From: Lepidodermella squamata
Lineage: Eukaryota; Animalia; Gastrotricha
Direction: 5' to 3'
NCBI GenBank assembly: GCA_047495785.1
Contig: JBLDXI010000016.1
Location: 1-64,000 of the forward strand
DNA: 64,000 nt
Each line of letters opens with the position of its first letter. The stretch's first letter is position 1. Shown here piece after piece: positions 35,232 to 47,063 of this stretch. The position numbers and the translations under genes are program-made. The notes under the pieces are model-generated. The model was not told the DNA's origin. It did not search any database and saw only the letters and a program-made list of their open reading frames with translations.

Positions 35232-36165
35232 ATGACAGACATCTTCATCGGCAGGCGAAAGAGTGTGGCTAGCCACATGTTCGAGGAGAATGTAATTCCG
35301 GGTCTCTTTCTATTGAAATTCAATTAATGTCCCCATCTCTAAGGTGAAAATGCAAGAACTGCTCCGGGAGCAGCTTTTCGACGCTGTTTTCGAGAATAAG
35401 ATCGAAGAAATTGAAGAGCTGCTGAATCGAGGAGTCGATGTTAACAATCCAGATGGAGATGGAATTACTCCACTGATGATCGCGGTTCAAAGCCGGCAAT
35501 CAGAAATCATCGAATACCTCTTAGAAAAGGCGAAAGCTGACATAGAAGCTCGGGATGGTATCGGAAGGACTGCGTTAATCTGGGCTGTTAAGCTCAATTT
35601 AATCGATATTGTGAAACAGCTAGTTGAAAGGAAGATTCGATTTCATCAGGGCCATGTTCCGAGAAGAATTCGTCGATGCGACATTGACGGCAGTGACAAA
35701 AGCGGTAAAACTCCTTTGATGTATGCCGCGATTTTGGGACATGTCGAAATTGCGAAATACCTCATAGCTAAAAACGCTTCGGTTCAAGCTGTCGATTCAG
35801 CAGGGAAAACAGCTCTCATGCACGCTGCTTCGAATTCTAGGCAGGAAATCGTCGAGCTTCTGCTGAAGAATGGTGCCAGTTACCGGATCAATGATGGTTC
35901 CAGTGTAGATGGCTCGAATGCATTGGTGCAAGCTGCGAGGATTGGCGATGACAGAATGGTTGAGTTGTTGGTGAATCGAGGCTTGATGGATGTTAATGTC
36001 AGAGATACAGCGGGGCGATCTGCTCAAATGCTGGCTGCTGGGAACGGTCACGGTCGATTGAGTGCGAGGCTACTCGGATACAGAGCGCAATCCTGGCGTA
36101 GTACAGCTGATGGGCGGACTACTGAGGACCTTGTACACAGTCGGGTTAGGTTATTAAACCGATGA
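35232..36165 (+). CDS. Ankyrin repeat protein (2 exons)
   Basis: Exon 35232-35291, 52 nt intron, exon from 35344. Repeated G.TPLM.A/G.TAL..A motifs. Confidence 0.88.
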
Positions 36166-37882
36166 AACAGGATTTTTTGATGAAAAGTTATTAAATAAAT
36201 TACAAAACCCAAAAATCATCTGAGTCAGTCGCATTTTTTATTTTTTAGCCTCGTCGTGAGTCATTAACCCCGAAAAGCAAAGGATTGCATCAAAGGCTCT
36301 TCCAAGTGTATACTTTATTCATATTTAGGGTTCTAGAACTGAACTTGAACGCAAGCCCTGGATTTATTTAAATTAAGGTTTTTATCAGTTTTTCGTCTTT
36401 GCTAGAATCTCATTTTTGATATAATGATAGACCACCGAATTTCGGGTAAATTTCAGTCGAAGAGCAGATATTCATTCCAATTATCGCTTTCATGAATTAC
36501 GGACATTTGCGATATCAACTGACTTGAATCCAACTTCGATCAGCTTTCTACTCCGCTGCTAGAGGCTGCTTATGTAGATGAAGTTGAAAATCCAAGGTTC
36601 AACCTGATCAAAAACCGAAAAGAATCGGGACAACAGTAGCCTTTGTAGTGGTCCAATTACAACCTTTCTTTTGTACTTAGAGTTTGGCAATGCCTGATGG
36701 GTATACACTTTTGCTGTTAACATTGCATGATTCCCAATTCTAAAAAATCTTATTTCAGCTTTTTTATGATAGAATTGTTGCCGACGATATTTCTGATAAT
36801 AATGTATATTTAATGAACCAGACTGCTTAAGTGTGGGCCGAGGTTTATTTTGTACCTCGTGTTGTCTGGCCCATTAGCTAGTGTCAACAGCGAGATTTCG
36901 ATTAGCTTCTCTACAAAGCAATTTCAATCGATTGTCGGGTATTAAGGAATTGCGCTAATAATAGATGTATTGATACACGATCTGTATTCTCAGCGTGAAC
37001 AGACTGCAAAAATAAAAAAGCTGATGAGTATGTAAGCTGTGGGCTGGTTATGTTGTAATAACAAATTGCCGATGAACGCGCAGATGCTAGAAACAACAAA
37101 ACCGCGCTGCTGCCTGGTATGTAAAAACCAAACCTCGGTGGTGTTCCAACAAAGTGAAAAGAACTATGGCGAAGATTAATACATACCAGCATCTCATGTA
37201 TATAGGCGCGCGCATAATACGATAGATAGGCCTAATCGCGCGTAACAGCTAACGCACATGGCGCGTAATCTATTATTACAAAAAAATACGCGCTCGCATT
37301 ATTTTGTGTTGCGCGCGCGGTCTTCGCCTATTTTTTGCGCCTGCACCCAAGCAACGGCCGGTTAACAACACGTGTTACAGCGGCGTATGCTCGTATATAT
37401 CTATCTATCTATCTATCGCTAATCTACTCGCCGTCTATCAGCGCAAAAAAATGGGCGGGTAGCCTTCTCTGCGAGCTTTGCACCGGGGCTTCAGATTTGG
37501 CAGTGAGTCTATGCCTTCACCTATGGGCCCATAACTTTTTTACCTGTATCTGCGCCACGTTTTCAGCTTAAACAGCCGTTTGCCTTGGCAGAGATATATT
37601 TGCGCTATGCGTATAATTATTGATGCGCACTTGATCGAATGTCTTCAGCTATAAGCTATACGTTGTTGCTAACTAAGCTCAAGGTTTAACCTCTTTATAA
37701 TACAGGCATGCAATTATCGATATGATTTTAGTCTAGCCTCTGGCACTTCACCAGACTCAATTCATGCTATAAATTGATGACAAGCTGCCCTTCGATTATT
37801 CTTCCTACTATGTTTAACAAATTCTTTTTCAGATTATAAATCATTTATTTTCAGTTTAGACACAAGATTTTATCGTTATCTT

Positions 37883-40253
37883 ATGTGGGCGTATGGCGGT
37901 ATGTCTCATCTCATTCCAGGGCGCATCGACTGGAATCTCACCGGAAAAACCATCATAGTAAGTTTTCCTTGAATTTTCCCCTGTCTAGTTTTTTAATTGT
38001 TGAAAATATCCATATTTGAAACTATTATATTAATGTTAGGGAATGCTACAGTGATAGGATTACTTTGTATACTGTGATCTAAGCTAGGATTATATTGCCC
38101 ACCCCTCTTTTGTGGATTTTTGGTTCTAATTTACAATACTCATTCATTTTAATTTCAAGCCAGCTTTTGCACAAGGATATTGCCAATAGAGCTTTCTAAT
38201 ACATTTCAACTGCCGAGGACCGTAAGCTGGTTGAGGAATATTTCGTAAGAATTTATGACATGCCGCTACGTCTTTTTCTGCGAATAATAGACGTCCTATG
38301 TAAGGATAATCCCATAATAACCTGAATTTAACAGAAATAATTCTTTGATCGAGTATCGATACCCTTCAGAGAAATATTAGGAAACATCTTTGCTAGTATA
38401 CTTTTGGCTTGAAGCCACGTTCAATTAATACCAATTTCCTCATTTTTAATTTTTAAACTCAGATTACTGGCGCCAATACTGGTTTGGGAAAAGCAACCGC
38501 CTTAGAATTGGCTCGAATGGGCATGCGGCGGCTTATTCTGGCGTGTAAGAACGTCGGCGCTGGGGAAGCTACTGCCTGCGAAATCCGTGAACTCGCGGGC
38601 GGTTTGGCGGCGGACGTAGTCGCTGTGCGACAACTCGATCTTTCTTCAGTTGAATCTATCCGGAAATTCGCTCATGATATCAACGCGAACGAGCCAGAGC
38701 TGCATATTCTCATCAACAATGCTGGCTATTTCGGGGGCAGTATTACTGATAAGCGGACGTCTATCGACGGTGTTGAGCTGCATTTTGCCGTTAATTACCT
38801 TGGCAGTTATCTACTGACCTTGCTACTGCTGGATTTGCTGAAAAGGAGCTCACCTAGCCGCATTATCAACGTCACAACTAGCGGCTTTTGGCTTCGATTA
38901 GCAAAGAAGCGCGGCTTCAGGCGAGACGATCCCAACTTTGACCGCGCCCCAGGTAGCTTTCATACTAGCTATTAACCTATTAAGTTACAGGGATTGAATC
39001 AGTCGATTCAAATTGGATTAGGCAAAATTGGTTTTGAGATGGCTTCTTGACCTTGGGGAATTAGGGATTTTTCCGATTTTATCCGAATTCCGGGATTTTT
39101 GTTTTATAATGCCAATCATTTCTAGGCGACTATACTCCTGTGCAAGCGTATGCGCTCTCGAAACTCGCCAATATTCTCTTCACGCGAACACTCCACCGCC
39201 ATTTGCATCCGGTTGTGTTAGATGACGGATCGTTCGAAGAACTCGACTATCAACTGGCAGCTATGTTGCCAACATCGCTATCTTATGAGCCAATCAAAGA
39301 CTTCACTCAAAGTGCGCCGAAATTCAGGAAAAACTCATCGACTCCTGTGCTATCTACTACCGCTGAAAGATGCGGTCATTTCGTTTCTTTCGATGAGCAA
39401 GGTAAGAATCTGAAATCTGAAATACATACCTTAGACACAGAAGTCATAATCCTTTGCCACTCGTCAACCTGGAGTTGTGTTATTCCAATAGTACATACCT
39501 TGGACACAATTAAAGTTTCATATGCCTTACATAAGCTGCCTTACATACCTTGGACAAAAATGATCTGAAAAGAGGCCAAATGTGACCTCATTAAGTCAAT
39601 TCATTTCAAAATTGAGCTTGATCAATTTCATTTATTAGGCGATCGAGCCGATGTCAGATCGACCTCTTCTGGCGCCAGTTTAACCTCGACCCAAACAGCC
39701 CCACCCATCGTTTCAGCCATGCGCAAGCCCGGCTCCGGACGACAACGGTTTTCAATCGCAAGTTCTCTGCCTCGGCCAAGCGTCGGTTTCAGCCCGGTAC
39801 CAGAAAATCATGAAACCGGCAGTGATTCGATGAGCATATCCAGCCGTACCCGAGCGAGGCGAAGTGAACCTACCGTAGTTTCTGTCTTCGCTGTGAGCCC
39901 GGGTACTTTCATGGAGACCGACCTTTATCGACACTTATCTCCGTCTCGAAAGAGACTTATGAAGCCTTTCATTAAAACGGCTGAGATCGGAGCAATCATG
40001 ATTGGGTACTGCGCATCGGCCAGCGGGATTGAAAATTTATCCGGCAAATACTTCGTGTAATATTTTCGATTTTTATTAATATTTAGTATTTTTATTGTGA
40101 CCAAATTTTAACAGGAAATGCCATCCAGTGGAACCAGCCGGAGCCGGTACCAACGATGCTTTGGCTCAAAAGTTGTGGCAGCTCTCAGCGAAAATGGTGG
40201 ACATCATCACGTATCGAAAGCTGAATCCTAGTCGCAGATCATCGAAATTATGA
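37883..40253 (+). CDS. Short-chain dehydrogenase/reductase, retinol dehydrogenase (RDH11-14)-like, multi-exon
   Basis: ITGANTGLG, LDLSS, LINNAG, FAVNYLG, YALSKLAN, VSPG...TDL, SGKYF and AQKLWQLS distributed over GT-AG exons. Confidence 0.88.
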
Positions 40254-41367
40254 CAGAAGAACAGGATCATTCGAGAAGGGCGGAACAATCAATATTCTGC
40301 TTTTGAACACTGCGATTAGCGTCATATTCGCTTCGGCGATTTTCAGCTGGGATTTTATGCGCTCATTTTTACAGACACAGACTCCGCTTGGAAATTGAAT
40401 TTAATACCTGTCCAATTTTTATATGTTTAAGCTGAAAATAAAAATCGATGTATTTTTATATCTTCACGCGTCCATTCAGGCAAGCATTGAATTTATGCAT
40501 TTGCATCACATGTAAATCTTCGATTCCATCACGTTGTTTTGGCAGGTTATTAGTCATAGTAGGAGCTGGAATTTATTCCAGCTGTGTTCAATATACCTGA
40601 ACCGCCCTCTTGGCTCTTGGAGGTAATAAATTGCGTCGGCTAGCTTTATACATTCGGAGCCTATGTGACGTCACGAGTCACGCACACACCTGTTGACACT
40701 ATAGTATAATACGTACGACATGCTTGCGTATAAGCAATAAAGGTAGGGAAAAAAATTACACACAAACAATCTAGAAAACGGGTTCCGTGTTTCAAGAAAA
40801 AACTACAACCACTATAATATATTCCGTATAACCTAGCGTTCGACCTTTCTTGTTCGAGAATATACGCGACATTTAAATTACTACAGCATGGTTAGTTGTG
40901 AAATTTACCCAATCGCATAATGTATGCTTTTAATGCAGATTATAAAGTGTCTTTTCCTAGGTCGCAATTTTTCAATGCAATTTGCCCCACAATTCACTAG
41001 AGCATTTGATAGTTACACGCTCTGTGATTCGCCTAATTCAATTCATCAACTAATGTCTACGATTTGCAGGCCACTCATGACACCTTGAAACTCCATAGTG
41101 ATTAAGTGTGCTTCTAGGCTTATATATTCACATTATACATAATTTTGCTATCAACAGCCTTCTTCCGATTTGGATTATACTAATTCTTTAGAAACAGCTT
41201 GATCTCATATTATTTCGGCATTGCACATACCTTGGACAAATATTTATGTCATTTTTGTATTCCTAAAGATGCATACATATATTAAGGACGTACCTTAGAC
41301 ACAAATGATATATAATCTATCGAATAATTTCAACGTAGACAATTAAAATAGCTGATTTCATGCAAAA

Positions 41368-42027
41368 ATGGTGGCAGAGGCGTCAAATTCGACGGCGCCC
41401 CCTGGAATGGACGATTCATCGACTTTACCTCTCAACGAGACAATGCTCCGAACCGGAACAAAAGTTACAAGCTCACCCGGTTCCACGAGCTCCCTACCCG
41501 ATGCTCCCATCATCCTACCGATCATTTCTTTCTTAGTCATATACGCCGTAGTTTCTACGATAGTTTTACTGCTCAAGCGAAACAAAATTCTGACAACTAG
41601 AAGCTTCTACTTCTTACTACGACGGCTTTGCTGCTGCGAAACTCGTCAACAGCAAGAGATAGCTATTAGGATTGAAATCGAACGGCGGAGACATAGGAGG
41701 AACATGAATTTTCTACATAACAATCCGAGCAATGGGGTTCACGGTAACGACGAAGCTCCGCCTGCTTACACCCTGCACGGCTCAGCTAGTTGCCCGGTGG
41801 ATATGAGCTACGATGAAGATCTGGAAGACCAGCCCTCGACTTCGAGCTCGAGCGCATCTATCACGCCCTGTGCTTGCACCCCGTCGCCTTCTGTTGAAAG
41901 CGTTCCGAAAATGGAGTGTCCCTGCAAAGATGGTTCAGTGTTTTTCGTCAAAATCGCCCCGCCTAGCTACCTGGAATTCGTCGCAGCGGCCAAATATGTC
42001 GCCCCTCAAGATGGGGAGCATTATTAG
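41368..42027 (+). CDS. Single-pass membrane protein with two PPxY motifs
   Basis: TM segment IILPIISFLVIYAVVSTIVLLL, basic/Cys juxtamembrane region, PPAY and PPSY. Confidence 0.7.
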   Translation: MVAEASNSTAPPGMDDSSTLPLNETMLRTGTKVTSSPGSTSSLPDAPIILPIISFLVIYAVVSTIVLLLKRNKILTTRSFYFLLRRLCCCETRQQQEIAIRIEIERRRHRRNMNFLHNNPSNGVHGNDEAPPAYTLHGSASCPVDMSYDEDLEDQPSTSSSSASITPCACTPSPSVESVPKMECPCKDGSVFFVKIAPPSYLEFVAAAKYVAPQDGEHY

Positions 42028-43032
42028 GTCAATGCCGTGCTATATAACTTCATCTTCTACCTGTTTCTTCGTGCTCTAGTTTTTATACACTTCTTTTACA
42101 ATGTAAATGAAGCTGCGAGGTGATGCCCTAATTACAGAAGCTGTGTTCCACGCCGGTGATTGTGATGACTAATAGAACAGCTTCATTGATCAACCGTAAA
42201 CTGCTGCTGTAGTTGCTAATTTTCAACTTTTTTGTCTAATAACCTTTACGGAGCTTTAATTTTGTTTACGTTGTCTTCCATGATTCATTCTATTCGGCCG
42301 CAAAACGGCTTGAAATAAATGTAATTTTTTGATCATTTTCCGCATTTTTAATTGCTTTGACCCGGGATCATTTTTTGGGGAGTTTTGATGAGTCGAAAAG
42401 TGTCCATTAATTTTGTATCAGACAGTTTTTTGAACGTAAAGTTTTTTGACTGAGTTTACGCATGCCACGTTATGAGTTTTTGCCAACTTTTACGCTCAAG
42501 GGTTTTTCCAACGGCAAGGTTCCTGGATTACTTCGAGATTTTTGTTTTTTTTAAGCCAAAAAAGCGACATTTAATTTGCGTGAAGCATCAACAAGCTCAT
42601 AACAACAGGATGAGTTAATAATGTGGAACATCGGAAATTTCCACAAAGGTCGAAGTGTTTTTTTTCGAAACCAAGCGATGGATGTAGGTCAAATTGACAA
42701 ATTTGAACGCTTGACATTATGAGCTTCGCTTTAATCGGGCGAAGGCTGATAGAGCACAAAATCTACAGTGGATTGAATCGCAATCAGACCTGCTATCCAT
42801 GAATTTCTGCGACGAAGCCCAAGGAAAACACTTTCTGCTTTCACATGCTTCTGTTACTTGCGTCATAAATTTGCGCATTTAGCTTCCATTTACGCACGAC
42901 CCAGATTTTGCTCGGAGAAAAAACTACTCACGAGTTTAACTCCAGGGTGCAATTTATTTCAATGTTCAAGGCTGTGAGGAAAAGGGTTTTTCAAAAAGTA
43001 TGGGTATGGGAGATAGTAGGTAGAAGAATAAA

Positions 43033-44010
43033 CTATTTTCTAGTGCAGTTGAATGGAATATCAGGACCACAACCAAATGTGATCAGAACGTCGTCATCTT
43101 GAACATCTTCCTCATGTGCATCTTCAACATCGGTATACCAATCGTCTTCTACATAAACACCTACTCCATGTATTAGAACAGGTTCTCTATAGATGTCGTT
43201 TTCATCTTTGTAGTCTCTCACTTCCTCGATCTTATGCGGTTGCGAGTCGACCAAATGCGCGAGACTTACCGGCACTCCATTAAAGTCATTGGATTCGTGC
43301 GTCAGCAAACGAGCTTGGATGTCTTTGAAATAAAGTTCATGGCTGACATCATCGACTGGAACATGTTTGATTAGGCTACAACCTACTTCCTTGCCGGTAG
43401 TGTTGTTTAGAAAGTCACAAAAATCCCAATTTTCAGCCTTAGCACTGTGTTCAACACTCAGTTCCGTTATGTTCGCTCCTTTTTCAACCAGGTATTGAAA
43501 AAGTTGATACTGCTGATCATAAGCGGCTTGTTCCAAGGCTGTCCAGCCACGTTTATTCACAGGGTCCTCTATTCCAACTTTGCCAGCCAGCAGAAAGTCC
43601 ACGGTCTCAAAATGGCCATTCGAAGCTGCCTGATAAAACGGAGACAGAAAATTCCCGTTATTACGACCAGTATAAGCACAGCGGCTTATCAAGAGCTCCA
43701 AAGCTGGTAAGTTTCCTATTCTAGCCGCGATCATCGCGGCAGTCACGTCGGAATTGTGATAAGTCGCAAAGCCGAGGTCCAAAATTGCGGTTAACAGACT
43801 CAAATGCTTATCAATTTTCGCTGGGTTGTACGATAGAACAATAGCGTTGTTCAAGATTTGCCGACCATAGATGTATGACATGCCGAAATCTGAGGCATTT
43901 TCGTCGATTTCTTCAATCCGCCGCATCAATTGTAGAAATAAAGCTTCATCCCCTTCAGGAAATGCAATCGATCGCATTTTCTCTAGTATACTCCGAACTT
44001 CTTCATTCAA
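43033..44010 (-). CDS. Ankyrin repeat protein (probable last exon; upstream exons likely)
   Basis: TAAMIAA, SPFYQAA, GWTALEQAA repeats; ORF begins just after an AG acceptor-like site. Confidence 0.75.
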   Translation of the reverse strand: MNEEVRSILEKMRSIAFPEGDEALFLQLMRRIEEIDENASDFGMSYIYGRQILNNAIVLSYNPAKIDKHLSLLTAILDLGFATYHNSDVTAAMIAARIGNLPALELLISRCAYTGRNNGNFLSPFYQAASNGHFETVDFLLAGKVGIEDPVNKRGWTALEQAAYDQQYQLFQYLVEKGANITELSVEHSAKAENWDFCDFLNNTTGKEVGCSLIKHVPVDDVSHELYFKDIQARLLTHESNDFNGVPVSLAHLVDSQPHKIEEVRDYKDENDIYREPVLIHGVGVYVEDDWYTDVEDAHEEDVQDDDVLITFGCGPDIPFNCTRK

Positions 44011-44821
44011 AATCTAATATTGGGAAGTAGAAACACAATAGCCAGTTGTTCAAATCTTACATAAGACTTATCCTTGACTTTTTCGATTGGCTGACCAGCA
44101 GGGCAGACAATTTCCCAAGTCGGTTCTTCGATAGGTTCGGGCTACATCAATCATAATAAGCCTTTCAAAGTAATTCCGAGGAGATAATTTTTTACGTCTG
44201 GCTCTTCACATGAGCAATCTTCGAATTGAGGCCTAGTCGTTTCCGGATTTGTTTGATTCAAAAGCAGTATAGCTTCACTCATAATGTTCACCAGCTGGAA
44301 CAGATGCATTGTTCAATATGTATTCAGAGTTCAAAGCTTGTTTTCGCTTAGGTTCAGCTAAACGAAATCATGAATTTCAAATTCATTGAAATCAGTGTCT
44401 GGCCCAGTTCGTTGCGTAAGTCAGGTGACTGCTTTACACTGGCGCAGAGCCGCATTTCCCATTTCTCTCGATTAATTTGAATGAAGAGCATGGCTTCACT
44501 GTTTTTTCACGTCTTAGTTTCTTTCGCTATCCGGACAGGTTACGGATGCTCATTCCCTTTGGTCGCCCAGCAAGAAGAGGTATCCATTATCCCCCTAATA
44601 TTAAGAGAAAGTCCCTATAAGATTTCAATTCAGATCTCTGTCGACCAACTTTACAGGAGTCTCGAATTGAGTTTCGATGACGGCATCGAATTTGATCGAA
44701 CCAAAACGCAAATTAAGAAGATTAAGAGTCACTCTAATCACTTTAACGCAAACTATCGCGTGCAGACCAAAATAGTTCTATGCGACAATACAGCTTCAAA
44801 TAGGACCTTGCTCCACCTTTT

Positions 44822-45688
44822 ATGCCTTGCAAATCTGAAGCTAGAAGTAAGGTTGCAAGGTTTTTGATTGAAAATGGCGCCGAAGTTAACGCGAGAGATG
44901 ACAATGGATCTACCCCTTTGATACTAGCGACTAGAAGTGGAAATTTACAGCTAGTTGACACCCTTCTCCAAGCCGGATGCGATCCTAATCTTACGAATAA
45001 TTTCAACGAAACTTCATTGTCAATTGCCGGGCTTGGGAATCGGGTTGACATGGTAAACATGTTAGTTTCAAATGGAGCAAGGATGAATGAGCCAGAATGC
45101 AACTACGCTCTAAAAATCACAGTTGAACTTGGACTCGGAAATGGGCTTCTCAAATTCATTTTCCAAAGCTCAGGTCAACTGAATAAAGAATCCCGCCACA
45201 CCTGGACTGGTTTGAAAGCTGCCATATACTACAATGAAGAAGCAGTTGTGAAATGTTTAGTCGCGAAAGGAGCAGATGTAAATCTAGGCTTGGAATCAGG
45301 CCGGAATCCACCCATTCATCTCGCAATCGTTGGTAATCACGTCAGCATTGCAAGATTTTTGCTCGGAAAAGGTGCTAAATTGACGTTTGCCAACAATTAC
45401 GATCCTGAAGTAGCAAATATGTGGATGGAACTTTTCACGCGTAATGCATACGAAATGGTACAGCTAATCGCTGATAATGGCATTGATCTGACCATCAAAG
45501 ATGAAGACGGCAGGACTTTGCTCATGCATGCCGCGGCGAAGGGGTGCCTCGAAATCGTCGATACTCTGATCAAGAAAGGCGCAGATGTTAATGAAAGAGA
45601 TAACTCTGGCATGCGTGCAATTGACTATGCTAAGAGGTTTGGCGAAAAGGAAATTATCAAGCGATTGCTTGAAGCCGAAGCTGTATAG
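44822..45688 (+). CDS. Ankyrin repeat protein (5' exons uncertain, from ~44481)
   Basis: GSTPLILA, PPIHLA, GRTLLMHAA and GADVN repeats. Confidence 0.82.
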   Translation: MPCKSEARSKVARFLIENGAEVNARDDNGSTPLILATRSGNLQLVDTLLQAGCDPNLTNNFNETSLSIAGLGNRVDMVNMLVSNGARMNEPECNYALKITVELGLGNGLLKFIFQSSGQLNKESRHTWTGLKAAIYYNEEAVVKCLVAKGADVNLGLESGRNPPIHLAIVGNHVSIARFLLGKGAKLTFANNYDPEVANMWMELFTRNAYEMVQLIADNGIDLTIKDEDGRTLLMHAAAKGCLEIVDTLIKKGADVNERDNSGMRAIDYAKRFGEKEIIKRLLEAEAV

Positions 45689-46040
45689 GAAGTGGATCAT
45701 CCGTTGAGGAAAACAAAAGACTTTCAACTACTTGAATTTTGAATGAATAAAAATTGACGTTCTTGTGATTGAAAATGATTTCATTCTGAATTGGAAGCAT
45801 ATAATAAAGGCTTGGAAACAGAATAACTTGTATTTGCCTACAGCTTGTAGGTTTCTCTTTGGGCTTGCAATTGAGATCTCCAAACTCGAACTTGACCCCG
45901 CCGTCTCTCCCATTCAGCTCATATTCAACGTAACACGTGCTGCGACCTCATCTCACTTCTCACCTTCACCCTTAACACCTTCATCCACATGGAAGTCACG
46001 CATTCACAAACCAAGCTACCCCACTGCTTTCTAAACGGCC

Positions 46041-47063
46041 ATGAAGCCTGTCATAATAGCTGTAATTCTATTCCATTCCATTGTAGTCACATCGTCAGCT
46101 GTGATTTCAGAAAGAGCTAAGCAGCGATATCCCGGTTTCAGCTACCGAACTTCTTGCTTCATCCCTATTGTCAACAATGGCGCATTCAGCTTTCAGCGAA
46201 ATGGCAGCTCGATAACGCCGAGGACTTACATTCCAGAGGGAACTTGGATCAAGCTAAGCTGCTCGCTGAATTTCGCTCCCAAAATCAACTCAGACGTCGA
46301 GAGCATCTGCATGAGAACCAAAGGTACCGAGGAAGATGATGAGGGCTACCTATTCCCCAGCCCGACGATTTGCCAACCTAGGAATCCGTCGCGATTTGAC
46401 GGAGAAGATGGTATAGGGAAGCAATTTGGTGACGCAGCTTCACGGGGCGATTTGACAAAACTTCAAAATTTGATCAAACTAGCGACAGATAACGAGTTTG
46501 ACCTGAAAAACGGGACATCGAGGGTTGCAACAGCTAGACAGCTCGTAAACTGGAGGGATACAGACCTGGAGTACTGCCCGTGTTGGTTTGCCTGCATTTC
46601 CAACGCAACAGCCCTTCTTCGAGCTACATCCTCAGTTTGCCGGAATAATTCCTTAGTAAATACAGTCCGATATTTGTTGAAGGAAGGAGCTGACCCTAAC
46701 GCAGCAGATGGGAATGCCTTACTAAGGCCGTTACATCTAGCCTCAGCGGCTAGTAATTCGAACTACGACATAGTCCGGCTTCTGATCGACTCTGGAGCAA
46801 GGGTGAATGAAACTACCCAAGACAACGGCTGGACGCCTTTGATGTTCGCAGCAGCTTGGGGTAGGACGTCGACTGTCACGCTGCTTCTCGATCGAGGCGC
46901 CGCGATTGATCAAATGGATTCCGCTAATCACACAGCGCTCTACTACGCTGCGTTGAATGCGAGGCCTAGTACAGTCTATACTCTGATTTTACGAGGGGCC
47001 AGCCGCGAATTTTGTACTCTAACGCTGTGCAGAGCTAACTTGGACCCGTTACTCTTCGGATGA
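46041..47063 (+). CDS. Signal peptide + Sushi/CCP-like + ankyrin repeat protein
   Basis: MKPVIIAVILFHSIVVTSSA; four-Cys C..P...NG...G..I...C...C...P.C module; RPLHLA, GWTPLMFAA and HTALYYAA repeats. Confidence 0.75.
   Translation: MKPVIIAVILFHSIVVTSSAVISERAKQRYPGFSYRTSCFIPIVNNGAFSFQRNGSSITPRTYIPEGTWIKLSCSLNFAPKINSDVESICMRTKGTEEDDEGYLFPSPTICQPRNPSRFDGEDGIGKQFGDAASRGDLTKLQNLIKLATDNEFDLKNGTSRVATARQLVNWRDTDLEYCPCWFACISNATALLRATSSVCRNNSLVNTVRYLLKEGADPNAADGNALLRPLHLASAASNSNYDIVRLLIDSGARVNETTQDNGWTPLMFAAAWGRTSTVTLLLDRGAAIDQMDSANHTALYYAALNARPSTVYTLILRGASREFCTLTLCRANLDPLLFG

Noticed and set aside
37190-37620. GCGC-rich stretch as a structured RNA or Helitron end
   Set aside because: No recognisable RNA family features or defined termini.
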